A stretch of 64,000 nucleotides of DNA from a virus: the IMG/VR virus record IMGVR_UViG_3300034031_000013, positions 1-64,000 of that record; one strand, written 5' to 3'. The notes under the pieces are model-generated. The model made no database searches and was not told the DNA's origin. It was given only the letters and a program-made list of their open reading frames with translations. The position numbers and the translations under genes were made by a program. Shown here piece after piece: positions 38,201 through 49,000 of the stretch. Within the stretch, counting starts at the first letter, position 1, and each line of letters begins with the position of its first letter.

Positions 38201-41200
38201 TGTTGCTGTGCAGTAATAACAGCCATCACATCGTAAGCGGTTATATCGTCCTCTAGCTTGGATATTTCTACGTCTGCGCTTGCCGTTGGTTCGCCTTTCG
38301 CAAATTGAGAATTTCTTTCTTTTAATAAATCCCTACGCTTATTATCAAGGGTTGCTTTGTAATAGATAAGCGCAACGACCTCTTTAGGCTGTAACGCCCT
38401 TCTGTTGCCTTTTACTTTCTTGCCTATGCCGACAATCTCGTCAACTATTCCTTTGGGATTTATCTCGCCTGTCTCGACAATCTTCTGCCCTAACTCGTGC
38501 ATCTCCTTGTCTTTGATTTTGTCAAGGTTTACACTGGCAATAATATCGTCGGAAACTAAACCTTTCTTGATACCTGATACATTTTCATTTGCTTCTTTCT
38601 TAGCTTCGGATTCTTGCTCTGATTTTGCTAGTTCCTCGTATTCTTTTTCAATATGGGAAGTGAATTGCTTATCAAACTCTCCCTTATCCTCTAATCCTTT
38701 ATACCAATCAGTTTTACGAACATAAGCTAACCCTGCTTCTATTGCATCAGCTAATTTAGCCCCCGTACGAAGAGTTTCCGCGATAACGGTTAATGATCCG
38801 TCCCATGCAAGATCGAAGCCTGACGAGGCTTTAAATCCCTTTAGTTTGGATATTTTACCTTGTTCTATTTTATCGGCAAGGGAACGTAGGGGATCTCCTG
38901 CTTTTGGATTCGATTGTGCAAATTTTGCACTTACTGCGACCTTAGTTTCTACTTCGGCAATAACGCCCGATTGTTGCCGATCGGCAGAAGAAGCACCTTC
39001 GCTTTCTAAAAGCGCACTGGATACTTCCTTGTTGGCTGTTTTTAATTCATTTATTTTATCTAATAGTGTCGATAGTTTAGCACCGGGGCCACCATTAGCT
39101 TTATAAAATTCTACTTCTTTATCTTCATCATCAAAAAGCCGTGAAAGTTCCTTTTCAGCTTCAATATAGGAGTCAGACTCTGAATGATCTGATTCATCAT
39201 CCAATTGTTGTACAGATTCTTTACGGGCTATAGTGTCTTTATCTTTCCCTTTAACTTCATTATAAAAATCAGCAAAAGCCTCTGACTTTAACTTGTCATT
39301 ATTAGGATCATATTTTTTACGGAAAGCGTCGGCTACTTCTTTAGGAACGTCAGCTATGTTCTCAACTTTTTTTAGTGCATCCTTAAAGTTCTTGGAATCA
39401 TTTACGGCGTCAATAAAAGGTTGGAATGTTTCTATCGAGATTTTAGGTGCATCTAATTGTGATTGCTCAGAGGCGGGTGCAATCTGTTCTGTTTGCACTT
39501 CTTCTGAATTTATATTTTGCTGGTAATCAAAAACATCCTTGGGTATCTCGCGCTTATTTTTACCATCAACGGTCATGTAATATTTTACCGTTTCGCCGTC
39601 AGGCATAAGACTATTCTTGTCTTTATATACAGGCTTCTTCTCTTCAAAAAACTTGTAATCCTTGCTCCATTTATTATCATCAATAAATTGCTTCCAAGAT
39701 AAAGTTTCGCTGTTCTCCCAATTCGACGGCTCTTTATACATTCCTCGGATATTGAGGGAGCTTTGTTTTATTGGCTCAGTAAGGGCTTTAGGTAAGGCAT
39801 CCTCATTATCCCCTTCGGGTATAGCATTAACCAATTCATCTTTTATACCCGATTTGGTAGAATTTGGCTCAATAGCTTCTACTTGCTTGTTTAACTCTGC
39901 TATCTTATTCTCTGCATCGGCAACCGTTTCTTTTGATACACTAGGGTCTTTAGCAACTACTTCCAACTTATCAATCGAGGCTGTGATTTTATCAACCTCT
40001 TGCTTTTGTTGGGGAGAAAGGTTTTCATCCTTGTGGGTATCTTCCTCTATAGCTGTGGCGATATTAGATACGCTCTGCTGTAAGTTCTCTGCAATAACAG
40101 CTTTAGCTTCGGGACTAACATTTGTGTTGTTTAAATCGGCTTGCAATCGCTCTACGGTGGCGGCGTTTTCAGTTACGGCTTGTTTGGCTTTAGGGCTTAC
40201 TGCTAATCTTGATAACTTACCAACGCCTCCTGCGGCTCCTGAACCTACCACGCCCATTACATAAGCCTCTAGTCCTTTCTTAGAGAACATAACCTCAAGG
40301 GCTTTCTCAGTCACCTTTAGTTCGTCCGTTCCTTTCCCTAGTTCTGTATTGGCCGTTTCAAGTCCTGCCTGCACCCACTCTGTAACACCCTCCTTGTTTA
40401 CCTCGAACATAAAACTAGCAACTTTTTTCATGGCAGTGCCTTTCAGCTTACCCATCATTAAGTTACTAGCTCCTTTTAATCCAATCCCCTCAAGCACACC
40501 ACCTAATGTTCCTATTGCGGCAGGTATCCCTAATTCAGCATCACCTTTCTTGTATAACTCTTCTACAGATATTCCTTTGGATTTAGCTTTTTCAGAGTTA
40601 AACTTTACTATGGCATCTCCAACCGTTTCAGTATAAAGACCTGCTCCTCCTGTGAGTACAGATGGGATAGCTGTACTAACAAGCGAACCCATTGCATCAA
40701 CAACGCCTGCGGCAAGTCCTGGAATATTAAAATTCCTTGCGTTGTCTACAATTCCTTGTGTTGGTTTGATTTGCTTCTCTAACTCAGCTAATTTATGATA
40801 AGCCTCGTTGCGAACATCTTCTATTTCTCTGTCGCTTTGTAAGGAAAATCCACCGTTTGCGTCATATTCTATTCGAGGGAGTCTAAATAAACCCGCCGTA
40901 GCTTCTTTACCTAGAATACTACCTAATATATCCGCTGAACCTGTGTTTAGGTGAGGTATAAAACCTTTTAGCTTTGTACCAATGTTAGATAAGGTATTGC
41001 CTGTACTTTCAAGGAAGCCTTGTTCTTCTTGAGGTTTTGCTACCTGTTTAGTTACAGGGGCTTTATACCCCTTATTTTTCTCTATAAATTCTTTTTGCTT
41101 TTCTGGGGAAAGAACAGTCGGAGCCAGTGGCTTAGTCTGCGTACTTTGAGGGAAACCTTGGTCGCCAATTCCACCAAAAACGGAGTTCCCTGATCCACTC

Positions 41201-41376
41201 TTTCCAGCGTCGGACTGGACTTTTTTTTTCACCCCTAAGTCAACCCTATCTGAATATATAGGGTGTTTAGCTAGAAACTTTTCTACAAGTAAGCTATTGT
41301 CTCTATCCTCGTACGCAGGGTACTTTGCTTTTATCTTTTCAGCAAATTGGTCTACCGTTAGTTTATCTTTTGGCAT
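35245..41376 (-). CDS. Very large internal virion / DNA-ejection protein (~2040 aa)
   Basis: Helical, Ala/Gly-rich hydrophobic stretch near the N-terminus; position after other internal proteins; ATG 41376 preferred. Confidence 0.7.
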   Translation of the reverse strand: MPKDKLTVDQFAEKIKAKYPAYEDRDNSLLVEKFLAKHPIYSDRVDLGVKKKVQSDAGKSGSGNSVFGGIGDQGFPQSTQTKPLAPTVLSPEKQKEFIEKNKGYKAPVTKQVAKPQEEQGFLESTGNTLSNIGTKLKGFIPHLNTGSADILGSILGKEATAGLFRLPRIEYDANGGFSLQSDREIEDVRNEAYHKLAELEKQIKPTQGIVDNARNFNIPGLAAGVVDAMGSLVSTAIPSVLTGGAGLYTETVGDAIVKFNSEKAKSKGISVEELYKKGDAELGIPAAIGTLGGVLEGIGLKGASNLMMGKLKGTAMKKVASFMFEVNKEGVTEWVQAGLETANTELGKGTDELKVTEKALEVMFSKKGLEAYVMGVVGSGAAGGVGKLSRLAVSPKAKQAVTENAATVERLQADLNNTNVSPEAKAVIAENLQQSVSNIATAIEEDTHKDENLSPQQKQEVDKITASIDKLEVVAKDPSVSKETVADAENKIAELNKQVEAIEPNSTKSGIKDELVNAIPEGDNEDALPKALTEPIKQSSLNIRGMYKEPSNWENSETLSWKQFIDDNKWSKDYKFFEEKKPVYKDKNSLMPDGETVKYYMTVDGKNKREIPKDVFDYQQNINSEEVQTEQIAPASEQSQLDAPKISIETFQPFIDAVNDSKNFKDALKKVENIADVPKEVADAFRKKYDPNNDKLKSEAFADFYNEVKGKDKDTIARKESVQQLDDESDHSESDSYIEAEKELSRLFDDEDKEVEFYKANGGPGAKLSTLLDKINELKTANKEVSSALLESEGASSADRQQSGVIAEVETKVAVSAKFAQSNPKAGDPLRSLADKIEQGKISKLKGFKASSGFDLAWDGSLTVIAETLRTGAKLADAIEAGLAYVRKTDWYKGLEDKGEFDKQFTSHIEKEYEELAKSEQESEAKKEANENVSGIKKGLVSDDIIASVNLDKIKDKEMHELGQKIVETGEINPKGIVDEIVGIGKKVKGNRRALQPKEVVALIYYKATLDNKRRDLLKERNSQFAKGEPTASADVEISKLEDDITAYDVMAVITAQQQSLAFRLRRGLLDKDYNLVSQIEQYKKVNKGYISPEIEAKFKEYDKELTRLKEEIAEAEQRFIKAEEEQAVKDIAEDIARSAKTKKSVLTPQEQARKRELAKKYRVFNDISRVATIWFEADFIEYARLNLKESKGDFKVWAKEMLKTVGVESKMKLPELYERIGGKGKVDLDGVVEKPFVEEGELVIPSNFIRDLVEQGVTDINGLTEAVQAEVQKDLPDITPRQVRDAITKYGKTVNRTADALQQKINEAKRLGRLYSQLEDLEIGKKKTKDGKEYSALSEKERELKRQINILEKTIPKTQAEAELDENQRREKRKEYLKEFIREKNERLDAKNFAPKSKPSPVLADGELAELEAKAHEVRGKYDEAHFENEQANRTGWQKFKDGSIEWTSGLQRALQAGLDFSALGVQGIVAALSTNPVKTYEAIKEGFKFMASENYERTFLAKLKADPLFSVMEQSGLALQFPNTKLGSKDYQLSGSVINKIWEGMLYPLQYTNRKLYERAILFNPYRATERAYTGVVDTLRVQLFKQFAADLKAKGITFESDPRQYEIAANAANNITFRGRLRFAEPVAKELAVVFFAPRKITATLSLTNPGYWGHMWYTSPVVAKRATLKMATFITVATTLTLAIKSFRDDNDEDENPDVFNPVSNDFMKLRIGNTRIDLFGGLNQNVILFAREFTGNYKSASSSKTINLGENAFSPNRWDLLMRFSTNKFSPLSGVGYRILDERKGQMFDAESEMWAATAPIWTQGIDELRKEHPETMSSFLIALSFFGVNMNTYGTPEFLDKDKDEKLRMLLAKKNVSFFEKHRNDVEVFDPETFEKRTPTKDEFKTYKQAYGEYIKGNLKSRFSEYAQMTVQEFEKEIGAVKKEATEAAKEAVSGVSPKLIYIKVEKDGESKTYQLSPKQIRERQAYKKEFIAKHGETILATVTKKAIDKGESKEAAAITAKNKLKSEVNAYSKDKILKDYQKGKGEYDLTLKAEEE

Positions 41377-41429
41377 ACCCAAATATACCTAAGATACAAA
41401 GGCGATATTAGGGGTTTACGGCTTTAGCA

Positions 41430-41789
41430 TTACAGATTGTAATTGAACCCTAATGGAAAAGGAGCTTCATCTAACCTTAGTAGAACTTTTGTTGTCTGCC
41501 AATCTATATCATAACCCGGATGTTCAACTACCTTATAATAGGTTGTTGTGATTTTTAAAACTTCCCCTTTTATTGGCAATCTGTTGAAATTTGAAACGAA
41601 CCGCTCTATTATGTCACTCACATCGTTCATATTGAACCCATGCTCGGCTTCTTCATATCTAACTTTATCTTCGATAGCCGTTATCCTTTCGCCAAGGCTA
41701 ATAGGGTATGCTACGCACATCGTTATTCGTTTGTTATTTAGATATAATGGGAATGTTGAATTGGTTGTTTCTTCTGTGATTGCGCTCAT
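41430..41789 (-). CDS. Moron-like hypothetical protein
   Basis: AT-rich; terminator hairpin upstream (~41832-41860) and the late promoter of the next gene directly downstream. Confidence 0.6.
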   Translation of the reverse strand: MSAITEETTNSTFPLYLNNKRITMCVAYPISLGERITAIEDKVRYEEAEHGFNMNDVSDIIERFVSNFNRLPIKGEVLKITTTYYKVVEHPGYDIDWQTTKVLLRLDEAPFPLGFNYNL

Positions 41790-41922
41790 CTCTTAAGTTA
41801 TTATTATACTACGAAAATATACAATTTAACTAAAAAACCCTACATCGCTGATAGGGTTTTACTGGCTGTATCGAAAAAGAACGGTGTGTGCGACTTGAAA
41901 ATTATTCTATGTAATTATTGTT

Positions 41923-42252
41923 TTACGCTATGCATTTTGTCTCCGAGAAAATATCTAGGAATTTTGTTTTGCCAAAAGTATACCACTTGGCAGCACCTTC
42001 GAATTTACATTTAAACAAACCTCTATCTCGCTTTAATGAGAGGTATGCTTTTTTCCTGCCGTTAATAACAAATACAATGTTTTCTGTTGCCGTTAGCGCA
42101 AATTCGATATTGTTATCAATTAAAACATCTATTGTGCCATCAACGTTCCTATCTCGCGCTTCCTTTACCGAAGCCTTATAGCAGTCGCAAAAATCCTTAT
42201 ACCAATACTCGCAGCAATGTTTCTCAGGGTTGTATTTTTCTATTTCTCCCAT
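41923..42252 (-). CDS. Moron-like hypothetical protein
   Basis: TATCTTTG promoter at 42274-42281 supports the start at MGEIEK. Confidence 0.6.
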   Translation of the reverse strand: MGEIEKYNPEKHCCEYWYKDFCDCYKASVKEARDRNVDGTIDVLIDNNIEFALTATENIVFVINGRKKAYLSLKRDRGLFKCKFEGAAKWYTFGKTKFLDIFSETKCIA

Positions 42253-42409
42253 GACTTCGTGGTTATTATACAACAAAGATAAAAACATTGTATATAAGTT
42301 GTACAATATATTTACAAATTGTTATAAAATAAAAAAAGGATTCAAATTAATGAACCCCTTTTGCCGGCTGTGCTGTCTCGACAATAGCACAGCTCTAATA
42401 TATAAAAAA

Positions 42410-42568
42410 CTACTTCTTTAAACGACTTTCTACGACCTTGCTCGCTCGATTTACCACTGGGCTTTCTTGGATTTTCCGATACATCTCTTCTTTCCTTCGA
42501 TTGAGATCTTCAAAGAAAGCCAATGCTTTAGTGTTGTTAGGTGAAATAACAATCTTCTTAATTGACAT
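42410..42568 (-). CDS. Small hypothetical protein (MSIKKIVISPNNTK..., 52 aa)
   Basis: Hand-translated; TATATTTG at 42573-42580, 4 nt before the ATG. Confidence 0.55.
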   Translation of the reverse strand: MSIKKIVISPNNTKALAFFEDLNRRKEEMYRKIQESPVVNRASKVVESRLKK

Positions 42569-42608
42569 AGGTCAAATATAACACTTTTTTAAATTTTTCC
42601 ATACTAGC

Positions 42609-44012
42609 CTACAATCCTAATTCCTCGGGGTCTCTAGGGTTAATAGCTTTTTTTTGTGATACTTTCGCTTTAGGTTGCTGCGCTTTAGGCTTAATCGAAG
42701 CAGGCTTAAATTTTCCCAATGCCTCTCTTACCTGCTTACTGTTCTTTACATTCTCGGGCAATCTATTGTAAGGAACAAAATAATCTTCCGCCTCGCCGAA
42801 CTCACCTTTTGCGGGAATCTGAACGTGAATTATTGGCGTTTTTTGAACCGCATCGGGATTCTGCTTGGCGAAGTTAGGCTGTGATATAGTCCCCCAAAGT
42901 TCTTTCTTGGCTTTTGAATCACCTCTTATAATTGGGGCGTTACCAACACCTACTACTTCATAGTCATTTGACGAAGGCAACGTTTTCCCCGGCTTGCCTG
43001 TTTTCAAATCTATTGATACAGAACCTGCAAAGTTTTTCTTCGATAGCGAGATAGGCACGTATTCATCGAATCCTACCGTAGCCTTTCCGTTTGCGTAAGG
43101 GATATTCATCGGGGTTGAACTGCCGTTGCCACCTCCGCCTCCTGAGTCAAAGCCATTCGCTCTGTCCCAATTCTGTTTATTAATGTGATTCGTTAGCGTC
43201 TTGTCGTCCTTTTGGGTATACAAGTGCTTATCGGTTGTTTTAATCATTGACGATAACTGCCCGCTTGCTTCCTCGGTAAATGCATCAATGGCCTTGTCGA
43301 TAGGGAGATCAGGGTATTTAGATTGAATGTATCGTCTAGTATCCTTTTCACTAGTCGCCTTGCCGATGATTATTTTCTTTAGCTTATCCGCATTAATTTT
43401 CTCGGTATCCTGCCTGTCAAAGCTTACACCATCCCCATATCTGCTTTGTTTCACCTGTCCTGTAACGCTTTCAGTTACCATAGGAGCTATGCCTTTGATA
43501 AAAGCTATCTCGTCTAGTTTTGGCCTCCACATCGTTTGAGACATCCTTTCCTCTAGCTCTTTTCTCCTTGGGTCGGTACTTGGCAGGGAGCGATATGTAT
43601 TAAAATCATTGTGGAACTCTTCTGATAGGTCGTCGTGCTTAGTGAGGCGTATCTTGTAAAGCTCTGCGTCCTTTTGAAGCTCCTGTTTGCTATTATAAAC
43701 TGAATTAAGCAGGTTCATTTTCTTTGCGCTATAATCAGCCTTTAAGCGAATACGCTCGTTCCTGTCTTTGGTGGAGTCGATTACAGCTAATGACTTTCTT
43801 ATATCATCGTACTGCTTGGTAAGGTCGGGAATATCCTCTTGCTTTGCTCCATCTAAATTGACTTTAGAGAAGTCGTTACTTAACTCCTCTAACTGCTTTT
43901 GCTTTTGCTTCCTTTCAGCGAAGTCCTGCTGTCTTAATTGTTCTAAGCCTGCGTTACCTTGCCATACGTATGCGCCGCCCGAACCTGTTTTGTACAAATT
44001 ATTCCAATTCAT
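42609..44012 (-). CDS. Internal virion protein
   Basis: Position in the ejection-protein cluster; helical N-terminal half. Confidence 0.55.
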   Translation of the reverse strand: MNWNNLYKTGSGGAYVWQGNAGLEQLRQQDFAERKQKQKQLEELSNDFSKVNLDGAKQEDIPDLTKQYDDIRKSLAVIDSTKDRNERIRLKADYSAKKMNLLNSVYNSKQELQKDAELYKIRLTKHDDLSEEFHNDFNTYRSLPSTDPRRKELEERMSQTMWRPKLDEIAFIKGIAPMVTESVTGQVKQSRYGDGVSFDRQDTEKINADKLKKIIIGKATSEKDTRRYIQSKYPDLPIDKAIDAFTEEASGQLSSMIKTTDKHLYTQKDDKTLTNHINKQNWDRANGFDSGGGGGNGSSTPMNIPYANGKATVGFDEYVPISLSKKNFAGSVSIDLKTGKPGKTLPSSNDYEVVGVGNAPIIRGDSKAKKELWGTISQPNFAKQNPDAVQKTPIIHVQIPAKGEFGEAEDYFVPYNRLPENVKNSKQVREALGKFKPASIKPKAQQPKAKVSQKKAINPRDPEELGL

Positions 44013-44013
44013 A

Positions 44014-44661
44014 TTAAGCGTTCATTTCGTTAGGATTGCCTCTATTCCAAAGCAAGCCCGATTGTTTACCGTACTGATATCCTCCCTGCAATCCTTTAGG
44101 TATACCGCTCCCGCCCATCCCTCCTGTTGCTACCATTGCGCCTAGTTGTGAAGCGTCGTTGAATGCGCTCATCATGTTCTGATTGGCGGCTCCTCTTGAT
44201 GCCTCCGATTTTGCGGTCAGCATCAAGAATTTTTCGCGTTTATTCCAGTTCCAAACCCTATTCTGCTCTTGGGCTAATGCTTGATTTTGCCCGATAGAAA
44301 AGCGTTGGTTGTTAGCCCTTGTAGCGGCATCCTGTGCATCTAAATTCAATGTAGCGTCATTGCTTCCACGTAAGATAGATGCTAATCCGCCCCGCCTTGC
44401 ACCCGCCCTGCCAAACATTGTTAGTACCCCTGCCTGATTCCGATTGATGTTATTCAGCGCATTGTTATACTGTTGCTGTGGCATTCCTGTTCTTGCCATA
44501 TTCTCGGCAATAGCTGCGTTCTTGGCAAATAATGGATTTGCGTTTTCCTCTACAAAGGGATTGGCCTTTTCAAGACGCTTTGCTTTACCGCTTTGAACAA
44601 TACTTGATATTCCTTTAGAGACAATTCCTGCTCCTGCTACGCCAATTGCGACATAAGACAT
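44014..44661 (-). CDS. Internal virion (ejection) protein, A/G/N/Q-rich
   Basis: Hydrophobic AG-rich N-terminus typical of small podovirus ejection proteins. Confidence 0.6.
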   Translation of the reverse strand: MSYVAIGVAGAGIVSKGISSIVQSGKAKRLEKANPFVEENANPLFAKNAAIAENMARTGMPQQQYNNALNNINRNQAGVLTMFGRAGARRGGLASILRGSNDATLNLDAQDAATRANNQRFSIGQNQALAQEQNRVWNWNKREKFLMLTAKSEASRGAANQNMMSAFNDASQLGAMVATGGMGGSGIPKGLQGGYQYGKQSGLLWNRGNPNEMNA

Positions 44662-44662
44662 A

Positions 44663-45148
44663 TTAATCCTCCTTTTCTTGATTAAGTAACTTTAAAGCCC
44701 CTTCCAAAAGCTCATTGCTTATTTCTCTCGGTTCTATAATATCCGATTCTATTCTATCTACCATTTTTTGTTCATCTTCTATATCGGAGGTAAGGTAATC
44801 TAAGGGGTGAAACGTAGTCCATATCGTTTCCTCGCATACGTAAAGCATTCTTCGTGTTCCTGCTTCGGTAATTCCTGAATACGGGGCCTCAATTCTGATA
44901 CAGCTTCCATCTTGAATATTATAGACATCAACTACGCCTTTTGAAACAATAAACTGATGCTGTGTTTTATGAACCTTGCTGATTATTAAGGTGTCGGCAG
45001 GCATAGTGATTTCACGCGAATACAAGCCCTGTGTGAACCTGTGATTTAACGGGCAGTCTATTTGAGGCTCATTAGCCATCGCTCCCTGTAGAACGTCTAA
45101 AATAGCGTTATCCTCGTCTTTGATTCGCTGAACCTCATCCATACCCAA
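44663..45148 (-). CDS. Cupin-like protein of podovirus tail clusters
   Basis: HRFTQGLYSREITMPA....SKVHKTQH.FIVSKG. Confidence 0.65.
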   Translation of the reverse strand: MGMDEVQRIKDEDNAILDVLQGAMANEPQIDCPLNHRFTQGLYSREITMPADTLIISKVHKTQHQFIVSKGVVDVYNIQDGSCIRIEAPYSGITEAGTRRMLYVCEETIWTTFHPLDYLTSDIEDEQKMVDRIESDIIEPREISNELLEGALKLLNQEKED

Positions 45149-45150
45149 AT

Positions 45151-46062
45151 TTAACTATAAGAACGGTTCGATTTTACCTCAACCATGAACAGTTTGAGAA
45201 CTGAATTTTCGGTAGTGATGAGTTCAATTACAGCGTAGTGCCCTTTCAAAAGGCTTCCGTTGTTAATATCCTCATTCTTGTCTCTTAAGAACCCTGCCTG
45301 ATAATTCCCCTCTCTGTCATATACCTGAACAGCCGTTATACCATCGTTTAAGGTATGTTGCAGGAAATCCGCTTCTACTAAGTCCGACACTTGTCCGAGG
45401 CTTGTAGTGATACCATCGGTAGTAGTTATCAGCAGGGTATTTGCCTTATATTCTATTGCATCAAAGGTCTTTGTTTCCGCAGGAAGGATATTGGCTACAA
45501 ATTTAATGATTGTCTTGTACTGCGCCCCAAAGAAGTTATTCCTGCTTTCGCTTTCGGGGTCGTTTACGTAACTATTCCCCTGCTTAAACATATATGTTTT
45601 TGTGAACATACTAAAAGCAACATCAGGGTTAAACGTTCTAAAATCCGTCCACTTGTTTGTCTTTTCAGATAAGGCTATTGCCCCTTTTTTCTTTAGGCTT
45701 GTATCTACGGAAACCTCTCTTATCGTAAAGGATTCCATTTCAAGGTTAGCGGTAGAATAAAATTTAAATTTCGGGTTCGTTCCCGTTGCGGTTAACGTTT
45801 CTTTTTTATTCCCTGTAGTAGTTATGGTTGCACCCGTCGTATTCCCTGCGTATGCTCTTAACAGCCCTCCCGAGATCGAATTAAGGTTATAACTGAACTC
45901 ATATACCTTTCCTGATTCCAAGGGGTAGTCATTCAGATAAGCATCACCAAAATTACACACTTCATGGGTTAGCTTAGTTCCGATAAACGCCCATCCTGTA
46001 CTCTTTCCTTGTTGAAGCAGGTTTATTTGTATCGGGGTACTTTGCAGGGTCGTAAATGCCAT
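45151..46062 (-). CDS. Tail protein
   Basis: Follows the nozzle gene; beta-rich. Confidence 0.6.
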   Translation of the reverse strand: MAFTTLQSTPIQINLLQQGKSTGWAFIGTKLTHEVCNFGDAYLNDYPLESGKVYEFSYNLNSISGGLLRAYAGNTTGATITTTGNKKETLTATGTNPKFKFYSTANLEMESFTIREVSVDTSLKKKGAIALSEKTNKWTDFRTFNPDVAFSMFTKTYMFKQGNSYVNDPESESRNNFFGAQYKTIIKFVANILPAETKTFDAIEYKANTLLITTTDGITTSLGQVSDLVEADFLQHTLNDGITAVQVYDREGNYQAGFLRDKNEDINNGSLLKGHYAVIELITTENSVLKLFMVEVKSNRSYS

Positions 46063-49000
46063 TATGATAATTCTATGTTTAATGCAGTTGTTTTGGGAAC
46101 TAAATTATAATAGTAAAAACCACCAAACACATTGTCAACAGTTTCATCAACTCCATTTATTGTCAAAATAACAGATGAAATCAACGGGTTATTTGTGTTT
46201 GAGGATAGTATTATTGTAAAAGTTCCTCCCGGTAATGTAGGATATATTTCCTCTGTATCAGTACCCGATGCTTCAATCTGTGTATCATATAATATTTGAG
46301 ATGTAGAGGAGTCTAGTACTTGTAACCTTATAGCAATAGAACTTACATTATCAACCGTTGCATTGAAAAGATCGCCAGGAGGCGTAACCTCCATTCTAGT
46401 TGTCACGCTAAATGTATCGCTCTTATTCCCTATTGTGAGTGTGGTATTTACCGTTGTTTCATAGGAAGCAGAACTTGTCTGCCTTACTTTCACAAAGTCG
46501 CCATTATTAGCATACCCTGATACATTTGTCCAAGACTGCGCTACGCCATTACGTGTGATTTGGTATTCCCCGCCTCCGCTAATACTTATAGGAGTTGGAA
46601 TATTATTTCCGTCTACAAGAACAGAAGAAGAGTAATAAACGGTTGATATTTCTCTGTTGTATAAATCTGCTATTATGAAATCGAATACGTTTGTAACGCC
46701 TGCTTGGATAACAATACAAGCCTTTTTCGTAACCTGTGTCCCGCCATTCAAAAAAGAGAACGTAAAGCTATCATTCCCTGTTTCTCCGATATTAGGGGTA
46801 TAGGTGGCAATGCCTGTAGTTGTGTTAATACTTAACCCGCCTTTTGTTGGGCCAACCGCTACTGATAGATTTGCGGGAATAACCGTATAGGTGTCTTGAA
46901 TAGACCAATTATCCGAACTGAAAGCAAAGCTTGTTAAAATATCTCCCCGAGTTTCGATAGCGATAACGTACTCATTGTTAAAGTCGTCAAACCACCCGAT
47001 AACCTTTTTGCCAGACTTCTTTGCTTCTTGAAGTGTTCTCTTGAAGTATTTACTCATCTTACCAGATATGGGCCTTACGCCGTCATATCCGTCCCGTACA
47101 GGCTCTGAATTATTAAAGTCGATAAAGTATATGGTTCCGTTTCTTGATTCGGCATACGACTCCTTAGCCCCGCCCATGCCGTATGAGCCTGATTGCAGGT
47201 ATCGGGTTTGCCCTAGTATCTTATCTGAAATAGCGATTTGCTGTTGCCCTGCCTGATCTTCGATAATCGAACCGAAAATCTGTGCGTGACCTATTTTTAG
47301 CGATTGCAGAATAACCAGATAATTATCCCTTTGGCGCATCTTTTCAATAGCCCCGTAGTTTGATGCTGTTTCTCCGTCGCCATCTCCATAACTTCTTTCG
47401 GCGAAAAACCGAGTGATGCCGTTAATTTCGCTTCCTAGCCTAAAGGTGTCTGAATATAAAATAGTTGCTTTCCTATTCTCTCTCTCGTTTACATCGTAAT
47501 AAGATCGGGGTCTGCCGAACGAACAAAAGTTGCTGATATAAAAATCACTAAAGTTAAAATCCTCTACAGTATAGGTAGTCAAGGTATTTGTTATCGGATG
47601 TTCGTACTGCCTTGTTTTAAAGTACACATCGCCGTCGGTTATAATTCCTGATGTTTTAGAGTACTGCCCGTTTGCAATGCTAATCTGCTCCCCTATCTCA
47701 TAAAATACCGTTGGTGTAATTGATGCTTTCCCGTCGCTGTTTTCTACAGCCCTAAGCTTGGGAGAAAATATCTCAAGCATTATTGACTTTCCTGTAGCTT
47801 CCGTTACGTTAAGGTCTGATGGTTTTCTGATTTTAAGAAGATAGTTTGTTGTTGGTGAAGGGGTTGTAATTGCTTCAATCTCAAAACCTAGCACCTCGAC
47901 TTCTATTGACGGGTTAATTAACCATTGCGTGGTTGAACCTTCGTAATAATGCAGTGTAGCCCTGTCGCCTTTTGAATAATCATATTCCAAAATAGAGGCT
48001 TCGTTACCCTTATTATATTCTTTTAACGAGTTGATGTTAATCGTTAAATAATTTGTGGTACTGGTTGCAATCTTACCAACGACAAAAAGGTTTTTCTGAT
48101 GGGTATTATTTGGCGATAACAGCCATTGTGCAGATACCGCACCATCGGGAGCTTTAGTATTATTAAACGTCCAGTTTATAGCGGAGGATTGCCCTCTTAG
48201 CTGTGCGAAGGATTGAGTTTTAACAATATAGCTGTCGTCACTCACAATCGGGAATGGTCTGCCCCACGCATCGTAATGGGCTAAGGCTAATTGATAGGAC
48301 GAATTGGATTTAAGGGCTGAAACTGACTTAAACGCTCCTGTAGAGGCGTTAGCTAAATCAATATTTAAATTATAGATATGCTCTATCCCGTTGTTTGGCG
48401 TTTCTGACCTTCGCCTCCCTGACAAGTACAGTCTCACACCCCCGTTTTCACTTGTAACGGTGGTGGGCCATGCTAAAGTCGATGCAAGGGTTTGTATGGT
48501 CGATAGCAGATTATCTTCCGTACCCGCCTGTACAGTATAACTAACTATTCTGTCGGTATAAATCTCGTTTTCAAGATTAGACGTTATGATATTAATTATG
48601 TCGTTTGTCTTAGGCAGTCCCTTAAAATCAATATAAACTCTAAAAAATCCAGTAACTGCCGACCCTGATACAAACTCTTCATAAGTAGCCGACAAAACAT
48701 TTGCTGTACTTGGTATCTCTGAGGTTACATTTGGGGAATAAGAAGAAACTCCTAGCGTTACGTCGGGGGTTGGTCGGTCGTACCCTGTTGTCACATCAGC
48801 TAGTGCAAGGACGTTGCCGTTTAAAACTTCTATTGCCCCTGCCGTTAGTGGAACATTATCTGCAAGTAAATCCGATTCTAAAACGTCGCCATTGACATAT
48901 AAACCATCATTGTAAAAAGTAAACGAGTATAGCCCCGTAGCAGGGTCGTAGGCTTCATAAATCTGATTACTCAAATTTACAGAAGTATTTGCAAGGGCGA

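Noticed and set aside
35245-41382. Virion RNA polymerase as in crAss-like phages
   Set aside because: No DxDxD catalytic motif recognised in a suitable context; an HMM or structure search would be needed to exclude it fully
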